From: Paramicrosporidium saccamoebae KSL3
Taxonomy: Eukaryota > Fungi > Cryptomycota
Assembly: GCA_002794465.1 (NCBI GenBank)
Contig: MTSL01000006.1
Coordinates: forward strand, 1 to 26,118
Direction of reading: 5' to 3'
Length of the DNA: 26,118 nt
Below the pieces are notes generated by a model. It saw nothing but the letters and a program-made list of their open reading frames with translations, made no database searches and had not been told where the DNA came from. Position numbers and translations under genes: made by a program. Of the stretch, positions 1-9,637 are shown in pieces. Position 1 is the first letter of the stretch; each line of letters opens with the position of its first letter.

Positions 1-655
1 TTGCCATTCAAAACGGCGCCGAACAAATTCGAAGCGCTTGCTTCCCACGACGCTCTCGTCGATCTCTCTTCTGCACTCAATGGCTTAGCCGTCTCCCTCT
101 TTAAGATTGCAAGCGACATTAGACTGCTCGGCTCAGGTCCCCGTTGTGGACTAGGCGAACTGAATCTTCCCGAGAATGAGCCAGGAAGTTCCATCATGCC
201 GGGAAAAGTAAATCCCACGCAATGCGAGGCTCTGACAATGATTTGCGCTCAAGTGATGGGAAACAACACGGCGGTAGCATTTGCTGGCACGCAGGGTCAT
301 TTTCAGCTAAATGTTTTCAAGCCGGTGATTGTAAGAAATGTTCTACAAAGCATTCAGCTTCTGGGTGATGGGTGCCGGTCCTTTGCCGTAAATTGCGTAG
401 CAGGAATCGAGCCGAACAAGTTGCGGATCAACTCGCTTCTCAACGAGTCGCTAATGTTGGTCACGTCTCTCAACCCGCACATTGGATATGACAGTACATT
501 TTGTTTCGGTGCTAATTGTAGATGCGGCCAAGGCAGCCAAAAAGGCTCACAAGGAGGGAACTACCCTAAAAGAGGCAGCTCTCTCATTAAATCTGCTGAC
601 TAGTGAGCAGTTTGATCAATGGGTCCGTCCCGAGGACATGATCTCTCCCAAATAG
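1..655 (+). CDS. FUM1: Fumarate hydratase class II, 3' part (5' end outside window); 28-nt intron at 494-521
   Basis: Signature [15 protein letters not shown]. Removing gtacattttgtttcggtgctaattgtag (494-521) restores [52 protein letters not shown], the canonical fumarase C-terminus. Confidence 0.96.
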
Positions 656-1152
656 CGAGGTTACAAGTCAAGGCCCTATTGGAATCTCTGTCTCGTATCT
701 ATATACTATCACAATTAACAGCATCTTAAACAGCAGTTTTCATAGCAAGGAAGGACTTGATAATTTTCAGGATAACCTAATCTGTGTTCACAGTTCATAT
801 TTAGAAACTTTACCTATTACGCACTCATGGTGGGGTGCGTTGTATAGTGGTTCACTTGATTCTATAAGATGGAGTTACCATCAAGTCTTTGTAACCAGTG
901 GACTAAATAAGTGTCTCTTTCCGCCAATTATTGTTGTCACGAGAAGTTAGACGCAAGACACACGAAGCATACTATTAAACAAGTGCGAATCCACCCAGTT
1001 GAAACTGTTATAATGTCTTAAACTATTGTTCAGTATGGTCTCTTTATCGTCCAATAGTTGCCTTGTTTCACAAAAAGGCATCCAACATATTCATCAAGGA
1101 GTTGCTTCTATTGGACAGTAACAAATGTGGGCTACCCCGAATTCCCCACGCT

Positions 1153-1986
1153 ATGTTGTATCTCAGATTCAGGCCGTCTAAAGAGAGCGTGATCATCCCA
1201 AAGCTGGTGACATGCCTCAGTGTCGCGACGGATGCGTTCTTTATATTACTGATGGCATGGACAGTCGTCAATATGTTCTATCCATTCTGGGGTTGGGCCA
1301 TCTATCTTTCCACCTGGCTTGGCTTCTTTTCGCATATCCCTCTCTACTATCTAATCATGCATCTTAGCCTCCGTTCTTTCATGACTGCCGAATACCGATA
1401 CAATGACGTAAATGACACAGATGGCGGACGATTAAAGCATCTCGGATTTCTCTTTTCTGTTTGGTATCATCCCGATGCCTTGACACTTGGATATTATCAT
1501 GAAGACGACAAATTTGTCTGTCGGAAGAGACGATATGTCAGCCTCGGCTACGAAATAGCACTCAACAAGTGGCTGGGCTGGCCCATTGTCCTGATCACTG
1601 ATACCATCCCCTTCATACTATTAGCAGCAGTGATCAGTGCTGGCTACTTTCTTGGCATCGGCACTCTCGTATTCTATCTGATGGGTTCCGCTCTGGCATT
1701 GAATACGCTCACCATTTTCCGTCGCTTTGCAGAATTGTTCGAATGGGATGATGAAGTGTTCTTGGAAGGGAAGATGTATACCAGAAAGTCTGTTGGCATG
1801 GTGACATGCATATTAGAAAGACCTGACGGTGAATTGATGTTGACAATGACTGAAGTGGCGATATTCAGTCATTTTATTAAACGCAGATGGTTCAGGACAG
1901 CTATGACAAAATGCACGTGCTGTCTTTCAATGGTGGAGCCAGTTAGACAGGCTTACTATCCAATTTACCAACAGCAATTTGTATAG
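1153..1986 (+). CDS. Cassette gene A, copy 1: 277-aa predicted ~4-TM membrane protein of unknown function
   Basis: First ATG shared with copy 2 (MLYLRFRPSKES). Two pairs of hydrophobic stretches. About 75% identical to copy 2 by manual count, with no indels. Confidence 0.85.
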   Translation: MLYLRFRPSKESVIIPKLVTCLSVATDAFFILLMAWTVVNMFYPFWGWAIYLSTWLGFFSHIPLYYLIMHLSLRSFMTAEYRYNDVNDTDGGRLKHLGFLFSVWYHPDALTLGYYHEDDKFVCRKRRYVSLGYEIALNKWLGWPIVLITDTIPFILLAAVISAGYFLGIGTLVFYLMGSALALNTLTIFRRFAELFEWDDEVFLEGKMYTRKSVGMVTCILERPDGELMLTMTEVAIFSHFIKRRWFRTAMTKCTCCLSMVEPVRQAYYPIYQQQFV

Positions 1987-2388
1987 CGCGTTTTAGGGTG
2001 TCGTGTAGAGAATGATTGACCACAAAGCACCGAGGTTCAAGATGTTTTCCATCGTATTCAGCAATATTCAAGCAATCATCCTAGACAATAAACTTTTTAC
2101 GTAGACAGTATTGTTTGTTAGATGGAATAATCCCCGAAACTTACAAGTTGCTCATTTCCCGATGAAGCGCCTCTTGAAGCCAAAGGAGGGTTCCAAATTC
2201 CCTCCAGATCATTCGCCATGATTTTTATAAGGCTACTAATATAGATGCTGCAAATCTCGAGTCACCAAATATCACGAAACTCGTGTAAATTTCCTAAAGA
2301 AACAACAGCACATGCATCTCAACTAAATGTTTGCAATAAGATTTATATAACATGGGAATTCGGCGTAACTACATACACTAAAGGCTTA

Positions 2389-3310
2389 TTATTTAACCCA
2401 CCTCTGCCTAGTCAGTTTGACTTTTTCTAAGCATTCAAACTGACTAGGCAGAGATGAATTCATCCAGTCGTTTCCAAGCTCTTGAAGCCCAAAGCCTTCC
2501 TCGGGAGGGCTTCGTAGCCCTAATTTCATTATACGAAACATACAAACCTTGCAACGACGGATCCAACAAAATATAGACCGCAGATGCCGGTGGGCTACAT
2601 TTAAGGGACCCGATCCCTTGGACGGTCGGCATCCGCATAATCGGCACTCTTCGACCTCTCCGTCCGAACGCCAGAGCCCTAGTTCTAACCCACTTGCGGG
2701 CTTGTATCCATTGCTAGGGGGCTTCTCGCGTGTGCTCCCGGATCTGGATAGAAAGGTCTTAATCCAGACATCCTTGGGATGCTCCCACAGTAGGAAGAGG
2801 CAGAGGATCTTGGCACGTCGGGCCCCCAGGCGATGCAGCGCATTTAGCGTAAAGTTTTGCCGCATCTCCTTGCTGAGCGCGTCAACTTTCCATGCAAGGT
2901 GCACAGCGTCCACGAGTCTCTTATTGTTACAGCCGATGAGAGACTCTAAGATGATGGCACAGTTTACGTACCATCCTCGACACTTTGCGACTTCCGATGG
3001 GTTTACAAAGAGCAGTAATCTTGCCATCTGTCGGAAGCCGCTCATGCCTAGGCATTCCGCCTTGAACTCCTCATGGCTGAGCCCTTTGCGCTCAGCTGTC
3101 ATCGTGGCGAAGACTCTTATCAATGCAGTGATGGGTAGTTCTGGGATGCAAAATGCATCGAGCTTGCCATAGTCGCGGAGTGCAATCTAAATAGATAAGA
3201 ATAGTCAAATCAACTGCAAGAGTTTGCTGAGAGCCCCCGCCTTCAATGGTTCCCTCGGGTAGCCACGTCCCGAAGGCCTTCCTCCGGTTCCATTCCTGGT
3301 AGCGTTTCGT
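2389..3310 (-). pseudogene. Cassette gene B, copy 1: 5'-truncated or decayed paralog (could still yield a 237-aa product from ATG 3102)
   Basis: Homologous to B2 from RYQEWNRRKAFGTWLPEGTIEG onward, with a putative 28-nt intron at 3187-3214. Lacks the ATG-led TM N-terminus and carries an 18-nt deletion (TVTYLD). Keeps CRLC-x27-CKVC. Confidence 0.6.
2402..2453. other. Perfect 19-bp inverted repeat (hairpin, 14-nt loop) at the 3' end of gene B1
   Basis: ctctgcctagtcagtttga (2402-2420) / tcaaactgactaggcagag (2435-2453). An imperfect homolog lies at ~7123-7176. Confidence 0.9.
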
Positions 3311-3797
3311 TTGGATGGGGAGTCCTGGGCAGAGTCTCTGTATTTGTAGGTAGAATCCGGAAAAGTCTAAATTGACTTTTTTCGCCCGCCAATACAATTG
3401 GGCGTATGACAGTCGTATGCTAGTGAGGTGCAATAGCAACTCTTTCCATAAGCTTGCATGCAATACTATGAGAGTGATCCCTAAATTTTATGAATAGTTT
3501 GGAATAGATCATGGCGACTAGCTAACATTAATGAGCCGGGTTTAGTGGTAAATACTATATCAACGACACTTGTAACCACCGACCTGTATAGATCCAGAGA
3601 TGGTACTCTCAATGGCTTTAAACAAGTGCAAATCCACACAACTAACGCTGCTGTAATGCATCAAATTATCGGCCAATCCGGGTGCTTTTATCAGCCAATG
3701 ATTGCGTCGTTCCATAAATAGCTCCCAACGTATTACCCCGAGGGGTAGTTTCTATTGGACAGCCTCATATGTAAGGCTGCTCCGAATTACCCACTCG

Positions 3798-4631
3798 ATG
3801 CTGTATCTCAGATTCAGGCCGTCCAAAGAGAGCGTGATCGTCCCAAAACTGGTGACATATCTCAGTGTCGCTACTGATGCGTTTTTTCTATTACTGATGG
3901 CTTGGACAATTGTAAATCTGTGCTATCCATTCTGGGGCTGGGCCATTTATCTTTCCATCTGGCTTGGCTTCTTCTCACATATCCCTCTATACCATCTCAA
4001 CGAGCACATTAGCCTCCGTTCTTTCATGACTACTGAGTATCGCTACAATGATATGAACTTTACAGATGACGGACGACTAAAGCATCTCGGATTCTTCTTC
4101 TCTGTTTGGCATCATCCCGATGCTTTGACACTCGGGCGTTACCACAAAGACGACAAGTTTTTTTGCCGAAAGGAACGATATGTCAGTCTTGGCTCTGAAA
4201 TAGCGCTCAACAAATGGGTGGGCTGGCCCATCGTCCTGGCCACCGATGCAATCCCACTCATAGTGCTAGCGGCAGTGTTCAGTGTCGGCTACTTTCGCGG
4301 CGTCGGTACCATTGTATTCTATCTGATGGGTTTCGCTCTGTCAGTGAATCTACTCACTGTTGTTACTTATCTAAGAGATTTTTTCAAGTGGGATGACGAA
4401 GTGTTCCTAGAGGGAAAAATGTACGCCAAAAAATCATTTGGACTTGTGACATGCATACTGGAAGGATCGGATGGTGAGTTAGTCTTGACAATGACTGAAA
4501 TAGCAAGATTTAGCCACTTTGTTAAACTTGAATGGTTTGAGTCAGCTGCTTTGACATGCAAGTGTTGCCTTTCAATGATGGAGCCTGTTAGGCTGGCTTA
4601 CTACCAAATGCATCAACAGCAATTGGTATAG
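3798..4631 (+). CDS. Cassette gene A, copy 2: 277-aa predicted ~4-TM membrane protein of unknown function
   Basis: Same length as and collinear with A1, with an open frame despite ~25% amino-acid divergence. Confidence 0.85.
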   Translation: MLYLRFRPSKESVIVPKLVTYLSVATDAFFLLLMAWTIVNLCYPFWGWAIYLSIWLGFFSHIPLYHLNEHISLRSFMTTEYRYNDMNFTDDGRLKHLGFFFSVWHHPDALTLGRYHKDDKFFCRKERYVSLGSEIALNKWVGWPIVLATDAIPLIVLAAVFSVGYFRGVGTIVFYLMGFALSVNLLTVVTYLRDFFKWDDEVFLEGKMYAKKSFGLVTCILEGSDGELVLTMTEIARFSHFVKLEWFESAALTCKCCLSMMEPVRLAYYQMHQQQLV

Positions 4632-5114
4632 CGCGTTATAGTGTATCATGTAGAGACAATGGTTACCTACAGGGCAGCAATATTCTGACTGTATTACACC
4701 ATGTTCAACAATACCCAAGCAGGAGTTGTTATCAATAAACTCTATATGTAGACATAATTGTTTGTTATATGTGATAAACTATAAGGCCTACAAGTCGCTC
4801 ACTTCCCGGTGAAGGCGCTTCTTGAGGCCTAAATGGCAAAGATCCAAATGTCTCAAACAACAGTTGATGGCTCATACAATATTTTTAGTGTAACTAATAC
4901 AAAACTCGGGCCGTCAGGTTTCACAGAACCTATCTGCAACTTCCAATAAGGCCATCAGCACGGCATTTTTCTGTAAGATCTTAGTAATGCAATGCATAGT
5001 ATTTGGGCACGGCCATTGCTGCATGCAAAAATCAGCCGAGTAATGTCTCTCTTATGTGTTAATCGGCTCGGCCAGTTAAACACAGGCATCTGCGTACACA
5101 AAATGGAGATTTAT

Positions 5115-6265
5115 TCAGTTATCTCCAAAGAGCTCTTGGAGCCCAAAGTCCTCTTGGAACGGGTCTTCTTGAGGCTCAAAGTCCTCGTCAGGGACTTCCC
5201 GCAGCCCTATCTTTATGGTACGGCGCCTGCAGACCCTGCAACGACGGGCCCAAGAGAACACGGACCGCAGACTCGCGTATATTAGACTTCTAGGGCCCGA
5301 TCCAGTGGAAGGTCGGTACCCGCAGAATCTGCATTCTTCAATATTTCTATTTGCCCGCCAGGATTTGGGTTTCAGGTCTTTGGGGTGACTCTGCTCGGCG
5401 GTTGGGAGCTTCTCCCATCCATCTTCAAGTGGCATTAGAGCCTTCATAACCCATGGGTCATTGACGTGCTCTTTCACCAAAAGTAGCCGAAGGGTCTTGG
5501 CGCGTCTGCTCCCCAGGCGATGCAACGCATTGAGTGTAAAGTCATGCTGCATCTCCTTGCCGAGCACGCCAGCCTGCCATGCGAGGCGCACAGCGTCTAT
5601 TAGTTTGTCTTTCTCAGAACCTATGAGGAGCTCCAAGACGGAAGCACATTTTACGTACCATCCTCGGCACTTTGCAGCTTCCGATGGGTTTACAAACAGT
5701 AGCAATCCCGCCATCTGTCGGAAGCCGCTCATGTCTAGGTACGTAACTGTGCCTAGGCATTCCGCCTTGAACTCCTCATGGCTGAGCCCTTTACGCTCAG
5801 CTGTCATGCTGGCAAAGACTCTTTTCAACGCCACGATGGGCAGCTCTGATATGCAAGATGCATCGAGCTCTCCGTAATCGCGGATTGCGATCTAAACAGA
5901 TAAGAATAGTCGAAACAACTGCATACCGCAAGAGTTTGCTGGAAGCCCTCGCCTTCAATGGTTCCCTCGGGTAGCCACATCCCAAGGGCCCGGGTCCGAT
6001 TCCGCTCCTGGTGACGGTCCCAAGCATACCGGCACGGTAGTAGTGCTAGGAAAAATACAATCACGCCTGCACCAACACCATATGCCCAGCTTAGACTTCC
6101 CGCGGCTGCCACTGTACCACAGAACACTGTCACAATTGACAAAACCAGGCCAGCCAAGGTTCCCCACGGATGGGTACGGTTATATTTCTTCCAAGCCAGG
6201 ACAAAGGCACCCAAACCGCCTGCTGCTGCTGCTACAACACCGAAGATCATCTGCACGTTCTCCAT
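5115..6265 (-). CDS. Cassette gene B, copy 2: 371-aa protein with N-terminal TM helices and a C-terminal CxxC-x27-CxxC motif; exons 6265-5927 and 5891-5115
   Basis: A 35-nt GT-AG intron (5892-5926, gtatgcagttgtttcgactattcttatctgtttag) joins ORF 5825..6265 in frame to ORF 5115..5834 (QQTLA|IAIRDYGELDASCISELPIVALKRVF). The intron position is conserved in all three copies. Confidence 0.8.
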
Positions 6266-6499
6266 CGTTTCTGGATGCTGTGTCGTGGGGGATGGTCGTA
6301 TTTATAGAAATAGCTACAATCTAAATTTAGCAACTTTGCTATCAGACATGATTGATCAACAAATATCCCACTGAGGGGATTGAGTTGATTGGCTAGTTGG
6401 GTAGTAAAAAAGTGAAGGCAGCGACTCTTTAGTTTTACAGCAAGGCCATATACAATGGGAACGAACGACCCTGATTACTATCAAAAGCCAATCAATACC

Positions 6500-6722
6500 G
6501 ACATTGACACTGTCATATTCTATCTAATGGGAGCATTGCTGCCAATGAATCTACTCACTGTTGCTATTAGTCTAAGAATTACTTAAGTGGGGAGGACAGC
6601 ATTCCTGGAGGGAAAATAGATGGTTTAGGACAGCGTTGGAATCGGCATGTACGTGATTGTGTTTAATGATGGAACCGGTTAGACTGGCTTATTATCAGAG
6701 TTATCAACAGCAATCTGTATAA
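6500..6722 (+). pseudogene. Cassette gene A, copy 3: C-terminal remnant
   Basis: Matches to VFYLMG...NLLTV, FLEGK and MMEPVRLAYYQ...QQ. The 5' part of the gene is missing and ~110-120 nt are deleted between FLEGK and RWFRTA. Confidence 0.85.
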
Positions 6723-7207
6723 CAATGCATTGTGCAGAGAATGATTGACTACAAAACATAACATTTTGGCTGCATTACGTCACGTTCAACAATACCCAAG
6801 CAGGAGTCGTTATCAGTAAACTCTATATGTAGACATTATTGTTTGTTATATCTGATAAACTCTAAGGCCTACAAGTCGCTCATTTCCCGGTGAAGGCGCT
6901 TCTTGAAGCCTGACTGGCAGAGATCCAGATCATTGGTCATACTCCTTACAAGGCTATTGCGTAGATGCTTCAAGTTCCGCGTCGTCAAAGATGGTACAGA
7001 ATTTGCGCAAATCCCCTATAAAAATACCAACACATACATCTCGACTAAAACTTTGCATTAAGATTCATAATTATGTGCATCCGGTGTAGCTACATATACT
7101 GAATAGCACATTACTTAATCCACCTCTGATTAGTTAGTTCGACTGTTATAAAAAAGTCGAGCTGACTGAGCAGAAGTGAATTTTTTAACGAGGTGAGGGA
7201 AATGGGA

Positions 7208-8371
7208 TTACGGGCATGGCGGTTGCCGCTCAATTTTCAATGCTTGAAGCTCAAAATCTTCGCTGCTCGCTACTGCAGTGGTATCCTGTATCGGCCCATT
7301 CTCCGGCCCCTCGGAAATGGGATGCCTGCATAGTCCCCGATCCATGGTACGGTACCCGTACGTTTTGCAACGGCGGGTGCAGCGAAACACGTACCTCTGT
7401 GACTTGTGGATCACTTCGGAGGTCTAAATCCGCATAAGCGGCACTCCTCGAGATCCCCTTGCAAGTACCAGCGCTCCACATTCAACTCTTCAATGCGCGC
7501 AAAATGGCCACTTGGGGTGGCATCGGTGCGTCTCTGGATGCGGACAAGTAGGCCCTAATCCAAGCATCCTCGGCGTGCTCTTCCTTCAATAGATACCAAA
7601 GATGACGTCTTTTGGTATTCCCCAGGCGATGCATTGCATTGAGTGTCAGATCGTGTTTCATCGCCTGGGAGAGCACGCTGGTCTTCCAGATGAGATGCAC
7701 CACGTTCACGAGATTGTCGGTATCAGATTCGACAAAAAGTCTCTAAATGCACGCGCATTTCACGTACCATCCTCGACACTCCGCAGCTTCCGATGGATTA
7801 ACAACAATCAACATTCCAGCCATCTGTTGGAAGCCGCTCATGTCTAGGCAGTTGAAAGCGCGGTGGCAGTACGTCTGAAACTCCGCCCAGCTCAGCCCCG
7901 AACGTTCGGCAAAAACCTTATGCAGAGAAGGAATGGGCAAATGCAAGACACAGGATGCATCGATCCCTCCGTAGCGGCGGAGTACGATTTACAGAGTCAA
8001 TGACAGTCGGCTTTTCTGTTTACCGAAGGAGCCTGAGCGAAGGTCGAGGCTTCAAGGTCACCCTCGGGCAACCGCACCCCGAGGGCTCGAGCCCGCCGCC
8101 GCTCTTGATGGCGGTCCCAGGCGTAACGGCACGGCAGCAGCAGGAGGATCAGGCCTGTCAACCCACCTCCAACACCGAATGGCCACGAGGTGCCTTCCTG
8201 CCGCCATTACCGTGCCACCGAACACGCCCATCGTGGCTAGCACTAGGCCAGCAATCATTCCCCAGGGGCGGGTCCGGTCCCATCCGACCCACGCCAAGAC
8301 GCAGGTACCAAGGCACCAAGGTCCCCGGTCACATCAGTGACTACTCCGACGATCGGAGACACGTTATTCAT
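7208..8371 (-). pseudogene. Cassette gene B, copy 3: pseudogene
   Basis: MNNVSPIVGVV start. Frameshifts in exon 1 and near the Cys motif, in-frame TAG at 7743-7745 aligned to Leu, and the 35-nt intron homolog (7989-8023) ends in AA instead of AG. Confidence 0.85.
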
Positions 8372-9520
8372 CTTCTTTGATACTGAACCCTGGACAGGAT
8401 CGCTGTATTTATAGGAATCGCTGCGCGTCCGCAGTAACCTTATTTTCAGCGAATATGATTGGCTAGAAATCCCACCCGAGCCTAAACTGCAGAATGGCAC
8501 GTCAACTTCCGCTAGAATCCGGATGCTACTAAGGATGCGATGGTCGTGATCTCTTCTGAAATAGCGGAAACATGTCATAAAGATCAGGCGCCGTCAATAG
8601 ACCAAGCTCGCCGGTGCCCGAAATGTCACTGTTTACAAATAACCATCAATCCGCGAGATGGCGCTTCAAACTCTTCAGAATAAACCATTTAGTAAACATG
8701 AATTCGAGTTGTTAGCGTTGATACAGTGCTTCAGATGTTCAGTCAGTTTATTTATGTCAACGAGTCAACTCTCGTCATTGTGTATGAATTCATCCTCTCT
8801 TCTCTTTAAAAGTAGTTCCTTCACAACAATGAGCAGTAAAATCGACTTTTTTCGAGAGTAGGACCTCCTAATTGCTGCAGCCGTATTTCGGGCTTTGTCT
8901 CTACTTTTGTCGGTCCAATTCGTACTTGTCCACTCGACTCAACGGTCGAGCGCCTTCCAATGAGCATTACGGTTGTTGAGTAACGCATTCTTAAAGCCTA
9001 GTGCTTCGGAAAGATGCGACTTTAGTCTGTGGTCCTGTCTCATGCAGCAAGTTTATTTCGGAGTTTGAATTTCAAAGTCAACACTCTTGGAGCAACTCAA
9101 ACGGGCGCTAGTTTCGACTCGTGACCACTAGGTATGGCTTTCCAGTTGGTCTGTGAATGACCCGTAAAAATTTTGGCACTTGAGAATTCCTAGTATGACC
9201 CATGGATTATAGCCACTACTGCGAGCACCAGAAATATTGCTTGACCATGTTCCTGTGGATTCAATGGATCGATTGTGCAGCTTAGCTGGCTTGTCTGTAC
9301 TGCGTATCGGATGGGCCGAATCGCTCCAAACTTGTCGAATCGGTTCACATCTGTGCTCTGTAGAGCTCACAGAAACAGTATACCCAACCATCAATAGCTT
9401 ATCCAGCTGATATGAACCGGTTCCTGCATAGGTTGTAATGCCTGGATACCATTTATCAACATTGCTGTGCAGTGCCCAGGCCTGTTGCTCACAAAAAACA
9501 GCTGCCACAGAGCTGTTATA
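8372..9520 (-). pseudogene. Probable decayed ~380-codon ORF of unknown family
   Basis: One minus frame (9508, 9043 and 8578 all in phase) has only 8 stops over ~379 codons, far fewer than the roughly 20 expected for non-coding DNA of this composition. The translation reads as protein-like. Confidence 0.4.
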
Positions 9521-9637
9521 TTAGAAATTTCATCTCGTCTTATATGACCAAGCCACATCAGATCAAGTCTTCAATAGTATTATTGCCTGTTGAGCATAGC
9601 GGATTGGTCTACCACAGACCAATGATTATTAAATGAT

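Larger units (their letters stand above)
976..8371. repeat. Tandem triplication of a convergent two-gene cassette (unit 1 ~976-3310, unit 2 ~3619-6265, unit 3 ~6500-8371, degraded)
   Basis: Direct alignment of both genes and the spacer DNA. Unit 1-2 offset is ~2645 nt (ATG 1153 vs 3798) and unit 2-3 offset is ~2100 nt. Confidence 0.93.

Noticed and set aside
494-603. ORF-track fumarase tail [14 protein letters not shown]...
   Set aside because: Read-through of the 28-nt intron. The spliced frame gives the canonical C-terminus.
1063-1152. ORF-track extensions of A1 (1063), A2 (3702), RasGEF (11593) and GT47 (10861)
   Set aside because: They start at non-ATG codons, and the A1 and A2 extensions are not conserved at protein level. 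First ATGs were used instead.
4788-9520. Nuclear UGA=Trp reassignment suggested by Trp-aligned TGAs
   Set aside because: The long conserved genes here are open frames with no internal TGA, and HRD3 (16626-16628) and NEDD8 (11086-11088) end in TGA.
976-9520. RIP as the cause of cassette decay
   Set aside because: RIP's CpA preference would turn TGG mainly into TAG. The Trp-aligned stops are mostly TGA, and A1/A2 remain open.
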